The notes below the pieces were generated by a model. The model searched no databases and had not been told where the DNA came from. It worked only from the letters and a program-made list of their open reading frames with translations. A program made the translations under genes and the position numbers. 20,000 nt of DNA, from the sequence record SRR20825019_669; one strand, written 5' to 3'. Shown here piece after piece: positions 1-8,193 of this stretch (positions are counted from its first letter, which is position 1; each line of letters starts with the position of its first letter).

Positions 1-639
1 ATGGATCGTCTCGCCTGGAGCGGTATGCTTGCTCAGGACCGGAACCTCGATAACCGGGTAGACTGCGCCCTGGGTCTGGGCGCGGATGATCTTGCCGTTA
101 CCGATCGGCACGGAGATAGAGGCCGCGAAACGCTGGTTCTGGCTGTTGTAGTCGATGGTATCGACCGAGATTTCCGGCGTCATGCCTGCCGGGATCATCA
201 ATGTCAGCCGGCGGTTGGTCAGTTCCACATCAATGTTATCGGCAACATAATCCCGTTGCAGACGGTCTGTGATGGCTTCCCGGATCAGCTGCAGTGGTAC
301 CGCCCGGCCTTCACGTTGGACCGTGACACGTACACGATTGTGCTGCGGTGCCCAGTCAAGGTCGTGGACCGCTGCCAGTTTTTGCAGCGTGCCAAGCCGG
401 ACGACCATGTTCTCGCCAGGGAGCGGGGCATCGCCGACGCGAGCATCCTTTCCGGCCGGCAGGCCGATGAAAAGATCGCTCAGCATCAACGAGTCGCTGT
501 CGAGCATGACGGTCTCATTCGCAAAGAGCGGTGTGCCCTGGGTCCCGTTCGCCGCCACCGGCTGCGGGGTGCCGAGGGCAATCCCGAATAGCGCGGCGGC
601 CGTGATGAGCGTCAGTGACTTCAGCATTTTGCGTGTCAT
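1..639 (-). CDS. flgA: Flagellar basal-body P-ring formation chaperone FlgA (5' portion; runs off the left edge)
   Basis: Manual translation from ATG at 639, with an AGGGAG RBS upstream, is open to position 1: MTRKMLKSLTLITAAALFGIALGTPQPVAA (signal peptide)...LMLSDLF...APLPGE...LDWAP...IEVPVLSKHTAPGETIH (start of SAF-like domain). Lies directly downstream of flgG, as in flgFGAH. Confidence 0.88.
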   Translation of the reverse strand, partial: MTRKMLKSLTLITAAALFGIALGTPQPVAANGTQGTPLFANETVMLDSDSLMLSDLFIGLPAGKDARVGDAPLPGENMVVRLGTLQKLAAVHDLDWAPQHNRVRVTVQREGRAVPLQLIREAITDRLQRDYVADNIDVELTNRRLTLMIPAGMTPEISVDTIDYNSQNQRFAASISVPIGNGKIIRAQTQGAVYPVIEVPVLSKHTAPGETIH

Positions 640-673
640 GTCGTTACTCCCTGGTTTCCGGGTTCAGGCCGCA

Positions 674-1459
674 TTAGCGAACCTGATTGACCGTGGCCAT
701 CATCTGATCCGAGGTCTCGATGACCTTCGAATTCAATTCGTAAGCGCGCTGGGCCGTGATCAGGTCGGTGATTTCCTGAACCGGATCCACGTTCGAGGAT
801 TCGATGTAGCCCTGGAACAAACCACCGAAACCGGCGGTTTCCGGGGTTGCTGTGCTTGGCGCACCGGAAGCCTCGGTTTCGAGCAGCAGGTTGTTACCCG
901 CATGCTCAAGGCCGGCATCGTTCTGGAATGTCGCCAACTGGATCTGGCCGACATTCGATTCCGCCGTCTGGCCGTCCAGTTTCACAAGGACCTGGCCGGA
1001 CTGGTTGATCGTCACGCCGATGGCGCCGGCCGGAACGGTGATGCCCGGCTGCACGGTGTAGCCGTCAGCGGTCACCAGCTCGCCGGTCTGGCTCACCTGG
1101 AAGGAGCCATCACGGGTATATGCCGTCTCACCGTCCGGAAGCTGGACCTGGAAGTAACCGTTGCCCCGGATGGCCAGATCGAACTGGTTATCCGTGAGGA
1201 TCAGGGAGCCCTGCTCGTTGACCCGGTAGGTGGCGGCGGTACGTACACCGACACCAAGCTGGATACCGGACGGGACAATCGTGCCCGCATCCGAGGAGTT
1301 AGAGCCAACCCGCCGCAGATCTTGATACAGCAGGTCCTGGAACTGGGCCCGGTGCCGCTTGAAGGCGGTGGTGTTCATGTTGGCGATGTTGTTGGAGATG
1401 ACCTCGACGTTGGTCTGCTGAGCCAGCATGCCGGTGGAGGCGATGTTCAAAGATTGCAT
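674..1459 (-). CDS. flgG: Flagellar basal-body distal rod protein FlgG
   Basis: 261 aa; ASTGMLAQQTNVEVISNNIANMNT N-terminus, DLAIRGNGYFQV, YTRDGSF, C-terminal SNVDPVQEITDLITAQRAYELNSKVI. Confidence 0.97.
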   Translation of the reverse strand: MQSLNIASTGMLAQQTNVEVISNNIANMNTTAFKRHRAQFQDLLYQDLRRVGSNSSDAGTIVPSGIQLGVGVRTAATYRVNEQGSLILTDNQFDLAIRGNGYFQVQLPDGETAYTRDGSFQVSQTGELVTADGYTVQPGITVPAGAIGVTINQSGQVLVKLDGQTAESNVGQIQLATFQNDAGLEHAGNNLLLETEASGAPSTATPETAGFGGLFQGYIESSNVDPVQEITDLITAQRAYELNSKVIETSDQMMATVNQVR

Positions 1460-1483
1460 GGTTTTCTTCCTTCTTCCGGCAAA

Positions 1484-2209
1484 TTAAGCGGCTGTAGCGG
1501 TGCCGAGTTTACGGACCGAGGTGCGAAGTCTTTCAGCTTCCTGGTCCAACATATTCTTCACGCCTTCGTAGCTGCGTTGGATGTCGATCATCCGTGTCAG
1601 CTCCGTGATCGCGGAAACGTTCGATGTCTCAAGGTGGCCCTGGAGTAATTTTGAGTTTTCGGAAGGCCTGGGCTGTTCCGTCGTCTCAAAGGTGCTGCCG
1701 CCTCGCTTGTGCATCCGGGGCAGATCGTCAAACTCGACGATCTTCAGATTGCCGAGCACTTCCGGTCCGGCGCTGATGGTACCGTCGTTTGAGATTTCGA
1801 TCTTGCGGCCGTCCTGCGGGATGAAGATCGGGTTGTCGTTCAGGTCCATGACCAGCTCGCCATTGCCGGTGACCAGCTGGTTATCCGGGTCGAGCTTGAA
1901 GTTGCCATTACGCGTGTACATCTGCTCCCGGCCGTTATCGACCGTGAAGAAGCCGGGGCCTTCGATGGCGACATCGAACGTGTTCTGCGTCGGCTGAAGC
2001 GTGCCGGGCTGATGGATGACGATGGTTCCGTGGTCGATCACGAAATCCAGTTTTTCGTCCATCTTGGTGTCTGTTTCATAAGGCGAGTAGAGAGCGATTT
2101 CCCGCTTGAAGGCGGCGGTGCTTGAGTTCGCGATGTTGTTGGCGACCAAAGACAGCTCGCGCCGAAGGGCGGATTGCCGGGAGAGCCCGATATAGATCGC
2201 ATTTTCCAT
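1484..2209 (-). CDS. flgF: Flagellar basal-body rod protein FlgF
   Basis: MENAIYIGLSRQ...ANNIANSSTAAFK, DVAIEGPGFF, YTRNGNF, LETSNV. ATG at 2209 preferred over the track's TTG at 2224. Lies upstream of flgG. Confidence 0.95.
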   Translation of the reverse strand: MENAIYIGLSRQSALRRELSLVANNIANSSTAAFKREIALYSPYETDTKMDEKLDFVIDHGTIVIHQPGTLQPTQNTFDVAIEGPGFFTVDNGREQMYTRNGNFKLDPDNQLVTGNGELVMDLNDNPIFIPQDGRKIEISNDGTISAGPEVLGNLKIVEFDDLPRMHKRGGSTFETTEQPRPSENSKLLQGHLETSNVSAITELTRMIDIQRSYEGVKNMLDQEAERLRTSVRKLGTATAA

Positions 2210-2268
2210 GACGATAATTCCCAACCAGTGTCAAAATCGCCGCTTTCTACGGCCGTTGCCGACTACTA

Positions 2269-2284
2269 AGCAGGTTTCATGCCA
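2269..2284 (-). promoter_or_regulatory. Sigma54 (-24/-12) promoter of flgFGA
   Basis: Minus strand reads TGGCATGAAACCTGCT (GG-N10-GC), 60 bp upstream of the flgF ATG. Confidence 0.85.
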
Positions 2285-2301
2285 GTTAGAAAAATATGAA
2301 A

Positions 2302-2314
2302 AATCAAATGCTTG
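2302..2314. promoter_or_regulatory. IHF binding site
   Basis: AATCAAATGCTTG is an exact WATCAANNNNTTR match, preceded by an A-rich tract. It lies between the sigma54 promoter and the ftr-like enhancer. Confidence 0.7.
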
Positions 2315-2375
2315 GGTTTCACTGTAACGGGCGCTGGGTCGGGCGCGGGCTCCCTGAATGGCACGTCGGGCCAGG

Positions 2376-2394
2376 GGTGGAAGCTTTTGCCGGG
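2376..2394. promoter_or_regulatory. FlbD-type enhancer (ftr-like) for the flgF promoter
   Basis: Minus strand CCCGGCAAAAGCTTCCACC resembles the CGGCA-N5-TGCCG dyad and lies about 100 bp upstream of the sigma54 site. Confidence 0.6.
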
Positions 2395-2664
2395 CGATGT
2401 TTTGGAGCGGAGCGGCCTCGCATACGGCATCTCAAGTCTTGTGCGCATGCGTCTTTAGAGTCTGGGTTCGCTCATTTCGCGAAGTTTATGATAAATATGG
2501 AGAATTAGTGGGCTATATGCTTTACTCTTTAACCGTGTCCGGTTGCCGATACTGGGACTGCGTGCATTATTTAATAAGCGCGCCGGTCGGGTCAGACTGA
2601 ATGCGCTTTGCCATATTCAGCCCTTTTCGGGCTGTTGAGATGGGTTTGGAACAGGACGGAACGC

Positions 2665-3204
2665 ATGGCCGAGGAAGGCGAAGTCGTTGAGGACGGTGGT
2701 GACGCGGGTGAAGAAGAGAGCAGTCGTAAGCTAAGTCCCAAGAAAATCATCCTGTTTGTATTGCTGCCTCTGTTGCTCCTCGTCGGAGTTGGGGCGGGGG
2801 CGGCGATCATGCTTGGCATGCTGGGCGGTGAAGAGCCTCCTTCTGAAGTCGAGGCTGGAGCGGAACACCAGGAAGTGGTGGAAGAGAAGCCTTCTGCCCA
2901 GGCGATTTTCTTCGAGGTGCCCGACCTTATCGTCAATCTGAATACGAACAGTCGCAAAACGGCATTCCTGAAGATTAAAATCGCGCTGGAAGTCAGCGAT
3001 CCGGCGGATGTGGATGTCGTTAATCAGAACTTGCCGCGTATCGTGGACAATTTTCAGGTATATTTACGTGAGCTTCGCGTGGACGACCTGCAAGGCTCCG
3101 CCGGCATGTATCGCTTGCGCGAGGAATTGCTCCGGCGTGTGAACCTCGCGGTTCGCCCGGCGCGGGTGAAAGACGTGCTGTTCAAGGAAATGCTGGTTCA
3201 GTGA
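2665..3204 (+). CDS. fliL: Flagellar basal-body-associated protein FliL
   Basis: Acidic N-terminus, one TM segment (KKIILFVLLPLLLLVGVGAGAAIMLG), C-domain VPDLIVNL...PRIVDNFQVYLRELRVDDLQGSAGMYRLREELLRRVN...VLFKEMLVQ. ATG at 2665 follows AGGACGGA. Confidence 0.95.
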   Translation: MAEEGEVVEDGGDAGEEESSRKLSPKKIILFVLLPLLLLVGVGAGAAIMLGMLGGEEPPSEVEAGAEHQEVVEEKPSAQAIFFEVPDLIVNLNTNSRKTAFLKIKIALEVSDPADVDVVNQNLPRIVDNFQVYLRELRVDDLQGSAGMYRLREELLRRVNLAVRPARVKDVLFKEMLVQ

Positions 3205-3213
3205 GGAATTCGC

Positions 3214-4251
3214 ATGGCCGATGATGATCTCGCCGCCGAATGGGAGGCGATGGGTGAAGACGATGAAGATGATGTTGGTGGCGGCAGTGGTACAGGCGCC
3301 CGAGTCCTAAACCAGGACGAAATCGACTCTCTTCTCGGATTTGACGAAGGCGCCGGCGGTGATGGCGATACCTCCGGTATCCAGGCCATCGTCAATTCGG
3401 CTCTGGTCTCCTATGAACGTCTTCCGATGCTTGAGGTCGTGTTCGACCGTCTCGTCCGGATGATGTCGACCAGCCTGCGTAACTTTACCTCAGATAACGT
3501 TGAGGTCTCGCTCGACAACATCACCTCCATTCGCTTCGGCGATTATCTGAACTCGATCCCGCTACCGGCGATGCTGAGCGTGTTCAAGGCGGAGGAATGG
3601 GACAATTACGGCCTGCTTGTCGTCGATTCGGCTCTGATCTATTCCATCGTGGACGTGCTGCTCGGCGGTCGCCGGGGCACGGCGGCGATGCGTATTGAAG
3701 GCCGTCCCTACACCACGATCGAACGCAATCTGGTGGAACGGATGGTCACGGTTGTGCTGAGCGATCTGTCTGCCGCGTTCGATCCGTTGAGTCCGGTGAC
3801 ATTCCGGTTCGACCGGCTGGAAACCAACCCGCGATTCGCCACGATTGCCCGGCCCGCCAATGCGGCGGTGCTGGCGCGCCTTCGTATCGATATGGAAGAT
3901 CGCGGCGGGCGCCTTGAGCTGATGCTTCCCTATGCAACCCTTGAGCCGGTTCGCGAGCTGCTTCTGCAGATGTTCATGGGGGAGAAATTCGGCCGTGACT
4001 CGATCTGGGAAACTCACTTGGCGAACGAGCTGTGGGCAACGGATATCGAGCTTGAAGCCGTGCTGGACCAGGTCGTCCTGTCGCTCAACGATGTCCTGAA
4101 CTGGAAGCCGGGCACGAAGCTGTTGCTGAACGCCAGTCCGAAATCGACAATCGACATGCGGTGCGGCGACGTTCCGCTCTTTGTCGGCGGAATGGGGCAG
4201 AGGAACGGCAATATCGCGGTCAAGATCAAGCAGAAGCTGCGAAAGATGTAG
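3214..4251 (+). CDS. fliM: Flagellar motor switch protein FliM
   Basis: VLNQDEIDSLLG CheY-binding motif, YERLPMLEVVFDRLVR, GRPYTTIE, RLETNPRFA and a C-terminal SpoA domain. Confidence 0.97.
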   Translation: MADDDLAAEWEAMGEDDEDDVGGGSGTGARVLNQDEIDSLLGFDEGAGGDGDTSGIQAIVNSALVSYERLPMLEVVFDRLVRMMSTSLRNFTSDNVEVSLDNITSIRFGDYLNSIPLPAMLSVFKAEEWDNYGLLVVDSALIYSIVDVLLGGRRGTAAMRIEGRPYTTIERNLVERMVTVVLSDLSAAFDPLSPVTFRFDRLETNPRFATIARPANAAVLARLRIDMEDRGGRLELMLPYATLEPVRELLLQMFMGEKFGRDSIWETHLANELWATDIELEAVLDQVVLSLNDVLNWKPGTKLLLNASPKSTIDMRCGDVPLFVGGMGQRNGNIAVKIKQKLRKM

Positions 4252-4260
4252 GCGGACGGA

Positions 4261-4872
4261 ATGAGCGAAACAATCCTTCCTCTTGTCCTTGATGGCCTCC
4301 TGGTGGTGCTGTTGCTGACCACCATCGTCTACGCGATGATCCTGAACCGTAAACTGAACCGTCTGCGTGGAAATCACGACGAGATGGAAGTCTTTGTCGA
4401 CAAGCTGAACGTCGCCTGCGCGCGGGCAGAATCGGCGACGGCGGGATTACGGAATGCCGGAGAAAACGGGAAATCCGTATTCAGGGAAGCGGCCTCCAAA
4501 GCGGAAGCGCTTCGTGATGAACTTGCTTTTCTTGTGGAGCGTGCAGATATCGTTTCAGGGCGCCTTGCCAGTGTGAGTGAAGGCACCAAGGTTGTTTCCG
4601 CTGAAACCCGCTCTCAGGTTACCGCGGCCCAATCTGCAGCTCCCCAGTCCGTCGCGGGCCAATCCGCAACGGCAAAATCAGAACAGGGTCGGAAGCCGGG
4701 GGCGAAACGCCCGGCTCCCGCCCCGAGACGCGGTCAGGAGGCCGGACGTGGCCATGAGATGGGCCGGGCCGGCGCGGGACGGGGAGCTCATCAGGCAGAT
4801 GAATCAGCCTCAGGATCGCCCCGGTCGGAAGCTGAGGAAGAGCTGCTGAAAGCACTGAGGAACGCACGCTGA
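4261..4872 (+). CDS. Bitopic membrane protein with coiled coil and low-complexity tail (DUF6468 / PflI-like)
   Basis: N-terminal TM (LVLDGLLVVLLLTTIVYAMIL), LNRKLNRLR and coiled coil (AEALRDELAFLVERAD), Ala/Gly/Arg-rich linker, terminal PRSEAEEELLKALR helix. Positioned after fliM. Confidence 0.7.
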   Translation: MSETILPLVLDGLLVVLLLTTIVYAMILNRKLNRLRGNHDEMEVFVDKLNVACARAESATAGLRNAGENGKSVFREAASKAEALRDELAFLVERADIVSGRLASVSEGTKVVSAETRSQVTAAQSAAPQSVAGQSATAKSEQGRKPGAKRPAPAPRRGQEAGRGHEMGRAGAGRGAHQADESASGSPRSEAEEELLKALRNAR

Positions 4873-5738
4873 TGGCATATGACAGACAGGGACGGAAAGC
4901 AGCTGCAGTGCAGCTGCCAGACGCAGATGAGCAAATCGCGACCCCGAATGCAGCCCGCGTGCAGGGCGGTCATGCCGTCAGGGGCAGGGCGCCGGCACGG
5001 CGCGCTGCGGGAAAGGCATCGGCTCCTCAGGAACAGCGTCAGGCCGGGACACCGCGCAAACTTGTCAGGCGCTCGGGTGCCTTTGTACGCGTTCTTCCGG
5101 TTGTGGTCGTCGTTGCCCTGTTTCTTATGGGCGTAAAGGTTGTTGGCATCTGGGACGTTCTCAAGAACGGGAAGTCGCCGGTCAGTGTCGCGGCTTTTGC
5201 CGAGGCGGATAGCCCTGCGCCATCTTCAGACAAAGCGGAAAATACTCTCGATTCGCAACAGTTGGCCCAGGCAACGGAGCCGGCGAAAGGCGATGACGGA
5301 GACAAACCGCTCGACCCCGTTCTCTTCACACGCTCGGAAATCGAGCTGCTGCAGGATCTGTCCAAGCGGCGCAAGGAGCTGGATGCGCGCGAGCAGACCG
5401 TGATCCAGAAAGAAGGACTGCTGACCGCGGCTGAAGACCGGATCGACAAGAAAATTGTCGAACTGCAGAAGGTCAGGACGGAAATCGAAGGTCTGATCAA
5501 GACCTACGACGAGCAGGAAGAGGGTGAAATCAAGGGACTCGTGCAGATTTACGAGAAAATGAAGCCAAAAGACGCGGCGCGTATTTTCGACGAGCTGGAC
5601 ATGGATATCCTGCTCCGGGTCTTTGATCGGATGAAGGCGTCGAAGTCCGCGTCCGTGCTGGCCAATATGCGGCCGCAAAAAGCCAAAGAAGTAACGTCGC
5701 GAATCGCAGAACGCAGAACTATCCCCACCACCAACTGA
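4872..5738 (+). CDS. motE: MotE family flagellar motility protein (MgtE N-terminal-like C-domain)
   Basis: Hydrophobic segment RVLPVVVVVALFLMGVKV, coiled coil SEIELLQDLSKRRKELDARE...AAEDRIDKKI, C-domain LVQIYEKMKPKDAARIFDELD...VLANMRPQKAKEVT. ATG overlaps the upstream TGA. Confidence 0.85.
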   Translation: MAYDRQGRKAAAVQLPDADEQIATPNAARVQGGHAVRGRAPARRAAGKASAPQEQRQAGTPRKLVRRSGAFVRVLPVVVVVALFLMGVKVVGIWDVLKNGKSPVSVAAFAEADSPAPSSDKAENTLDSQQLAQATEPAKGDDGDKPLDPVLFTRSEIELLQDLSKRRKELDAREQTVIQKEGLLTAAEDRIDKKIVELQKVRTEIEGLIKTYDEQEEGEIKGLVQIYEKMKPKDAARIFDELDMDILLRVFDRMKASKSASVLANMRPQKAKEVTSRIAERRTIPTTN

Positions 5739-5831
5739 TTATGCCGTACAAATTGTATGTCTATGAAGGCTGAATCAGACTTTGCTTGCCGAGAACGTCC
5801 AATTCGCAGTATTCCATCGGGATATCAGGCA

Positions 5832-5847
5832 TTAACGACCTTTTAAC
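5832..5847. promoter_or_regulatory. CtrA binding site upstream of cheY
   Basis: TTAA-CGACCTT-TTAAC is an exact TTAA-N7-TTAAC match, 80 bp upstream of the cheY ATG in an AT-rich 190-bp gap. Confidence 0.85.
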
Positions 5848-5927
5848 AGGATTGCTGTTAGTGTCTGAGAGTTGGTTAATCGAAAGCTGGGCGGGGCCCG
5901 GCCTTTAAAAAAAGTGGAGAGGTGCCG

Positions 5928-6317
5928 ATGGCTGTCGACAAGGGCATGCGGATTCTCATTGTCGATGACTACAAGACAATGTTGCGCATTATTCGGAACC
6001 TTCTTAAGCAGCTTGGTTTCAATAATGTGGATGAAGCAAGCGATGGCAGTGCCGCCTTGCAGATTCTGCGCCGCGGCGATGAATACGGTCTTGTGATCTC
6101 CGACTGGAACATGGAACCGATGACGGGCTTGCAGTTGCTTAAGGAAGTCCGGGCCGATGCAAAGCTGAAAAGCACTCCGTTCATTATGGTCACGGCCGAG
6201 AGCAAGACGGAGAACGTTGTGGCGGCGAAGCAGGCCGGGGTGAACAATTATATTGTTAAGCCTTTCAATGCAGAGACGCTGAAGACGAAGATGACTGCGG
6301 TTATCGGAGCCTTCTGA
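5928..6317 (+). CDS. cheY: Chemotaxis response regulator CheY
   Basis: Single receiver domain: ILIVDD, ISDWNMEPMTG (phospho-Asp), MVTAE, YIVKPF. GGAGAGG RBS precedes ATG 5928. Confidence 0.93.
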   Translation: MAVDKGMRILIVDDYKTMLRIIRNLLKQLGFNNVDEASDGSAALQILRRGDEYGLVISDWNMEPMTGLQLLKEVRADAKLKSTPFIMVTAESKTENVVAAKQAGVNNYIVKPFNAETLKTKMTAVIGAF

Positions 6318-6361
6318 TCTGGCAACGCTCTGGTACCGGATTCCGCGCGGGGGATTTTTTT

Positions 6362-6832
6362 ATGAGTGAAAAAGAAATCCGCGAGGATCTGTTGCCGGAA
6401 GCGGCGCGGGAACTTGATGCCATGGCCTTGGTTGCCGAAGAGGCAGCCGAGAGAATCCTGACCGCCGTCGAAAAGATCGACGAGTTGCGGGACGGTATGA
6501 CCGAAGCGGTTTCGGCAGCTGTGGGCGAGGCTATTGTCGAAATTTTCGAGGCTTGCGGTTTCCAGGATTTGACGGGCCAAAGGGTCGGCCGAATCCACAA
6601 GACACTTGATGGCGTCGCGGATCGGGTCGAGGCTGTATTGTCCCATACGGGCCACGGTCACGGCGATCCTTCATCCGGGACGAAAAGAAATCGTGACAAG
6701 CACCCAGAAAATGTAGAAAAATCAGGCAGTGAACCGTTCTCAGAAGAGGGTTTGTTGAACGGTCCTCAGCTGCCTTCCGATGCTAAGACACAGGAAGAAA
6801 TTGATGCGCTGATGGACCAACTCAACAAGTAG
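6362..6832 (+). CDS. cheZ: CheZ-type CheY-P phosphatase (short alphaproteobacterial form)
   Basis: EEAAERILTAVE, IFEACGFQDLTGQRV (DxxxQ catalytic motif), LLNGPQLP and C-terminal TQEEIDALM helix. Follows cheY. Confidence 0.88.
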   Translation: MSEKEIREDLLPEAARELDAMALVAEEAAERILTAVEKIDELRDGMTEAVSAAVGEAIVEIFEACGFQDLTGQRVGRIHKTLDGVADRVEAVLSHTGHGHGDPSSGTKRNRDKHPENVEKSGSEPFSEEGLLNGPQLPSDAKTQEEIDALMDQLNK

Positions 6833-6835
6833 TCT

Positions 6836-7477
6836 ATGGCGCAAGGCGAAGATAAGGCGCGTGGTGCAAGCCAGCTCGGTAGCTTGCCGTTATTTCTGAG
6901 CCTGTTCTTGCTCCTTCTCGCGTTTTTCATTTTTTTAAATTCAATCTCTACCCGCCAGTCGGGCAAGAGTGACGACGTGCTCGATAGTGTGCGTTCGAGC
7001 TTTGCGTCCGTGCTGCAGGGCGGTACCGGAACAGGTGTCTTCGAGGGCGAGCCCGGCAAAGTGGATGACGCAGGGCTGCGGGATCAGTTGCTTGAAGCCT
7101 TCAACCCGTTGTTGAGCGAGATGCAAGCCGTTCGGGAGAGGACGGGAAATCCTTTTTATGTCGATTTTCAATCCGGCCGCCTGTTCGAGGGCGATCGGAT
7201 CGATCCCGTGTTTGAGTTTCGCGATTTTGCAAAACGTGTTTCTGCCGTACTGGCATTGAAGACGGCGCGCGACGGAGTCGAGCTCCGATTCTGGTTCGAT
7301 ACACCGTCCCCCGGCGCCGAAATGGTTCTGGCCCGGCAGCGGGCGGCCCGGCTCGCCGAAATCATGATCGGCTCCGGAACATCCCGGGAGAGTGTTTCCA
7401 TCGGATTCCGTGCGTTGCCCGGCCCGGGTACTGTGCGTTTTGCCGTTCATCTGGGTGCTGAAGGGCGTGCCCAATGA
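6836..7477 (+). CDS. MotB-like membrane protein lacking the conserved TM aspartate; degenerate OmpA-like C-domain
   Basis: LFLSLFLLLLAFFIFLNSIS aligns with the MotB TM TFVDLVSLLLAFFVLLFSMT. Plug-like VLDSVRSSF follows; C-terminal LARQRAARLAEIMIGSG. Confidence 0.7.
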   Translation: MAQGEDKARGASQLGSLPLFLSLFLLLLAFFIFLNSISTRQSGKSDDVLDSVRSSFASVLQGGTGTGVFEGEPGKVDDAGLRDQLLEAFNPLLSEMQAVRERTGNPFYVDFQSGRLFEGDRIDPVFEFRDFAKRVSAVLALKTARDGVELRFWFDTPSPGAEMVLARQRAARLAEIMIGSGTSRESVSIGFRALPGPGTVRFAVHLGAEGRAQ

Positions 7478-8193
7478 GAGGGGCAGCGGCACGGCGAAAC
7501 CGTCGTGGAGAGAAACAGGGCGTCACCTGGATGCTGACCTTTGTCGATCTGGTGTCGCTCTTGCTCGCGTTTTTCGTCTTGCTGTTTTCGATGACATCGC
7601 CGGACGCACCGCAATGGGAATCCTTCACGGCTTCCCTGCGGTCCGCCTTTTCCACCGAATCTAAAATACGGGCGCGCGAAGCGCAGATGCCGGAAAGCAT
7701 CGAGGCCGAGGATCCTGGTCCGGGCTTTGATCTCGGCTATCTGCAGCGTCTTCTGGAAGTGGCAATGGCCCGCGATGCCATCCTGCGGGATGCGACGATT
7801 ACGACGAAGAACGGCCGTCTCGTACTGTCCATGGCCAGCGACGTATTTTTCCGGCCGGGGTCGGCGACGTTGCAATCCTCCGGTGAGAGTGCGTTATTCA
7901 ACCTGGCTGTCGCGCTGTCCCAGATCGACAACCGGATCGACATTGTCGGTCATACGGACCCCCGGCCATTTACCTCTCCATCAGGGGAGTTCCGTTCGAA
8001 TTGGGATCTATCGCTTGCCCGTGCTCTATCCGTTGCGGATACACTCCAGCGGTTCGGCTATCGAAAGCCTGTCGAGGTGAGGGGCGCTGCCGATGGCAAG
8101 TTTGGGGAGATTGACACATCATTGCCGCTCGAAGACCAATATCGCCGGGCACGGCGGGTGGATCTTGTGATCTATCACGAGAGGGACCGGTGA
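7474..8193 (+). CDS. motB: Flagellar stator protein MotB (OmpA/MotB family)
   Basis: WMLTFVDLVSLLLAFFVLLFSM with the conserved Asp; OmpA domain with FRPGSATL, GHTD, NWDLSLARA, RRVDLVI. 4-bp ATGA overlap with the upstream gene. Confidence 0.88.
   Translation: MRGAAARRNRRGEKQGVTWMLTFVDLVSLLLAFFVLLFSMTSPDAPQWESFTASLRSAFSTESKIRAREAQMPESIEAEDPGPGFDLGYLQRLLEVAMARDAILRDATITTKNGRLVLSMASDVFFRPGSATLQSSGESALFNLAVALSQIDNRIDIVGHTDPRPFTSPSGEFRSNWDLSLARALSVADTLQRFGYRKPVEVRGAADGKFGEIDTSLPLEDQYRRARRVDLVIYHERDR

Noticed and set aside
1..1648. Long plus-strand ORFs 1..591 (196 aa) and 269..1648 (459 aa)
   Set aside because: They are antisense shadows of flgA, flgG and flgF. They show no recognisable motifs and are typical of high-GC codon bias.
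2500..2580. Possible CtrA site in the fliL promoter (TTAACC at 2529; TTATTTAATAA near 2567)
   Set aside because: Only half-sites are present with no TTAA-N7-TTAA spacing. CtrA control is plausible but not supported by sequence alone.
2618..2634. Hairpin CAGCCC-TTTTC-GGGCTG in the fliL leader
   Set aside because: A 6-bp stem without a U-tract could be chance in GC-rich DNA.
6340..6361. Short GC stem followed by T7 between cheY and cheZ
   Set aside because: The stem is weak, and the G-run more simply serves as the cheZ ribosome-binding site.
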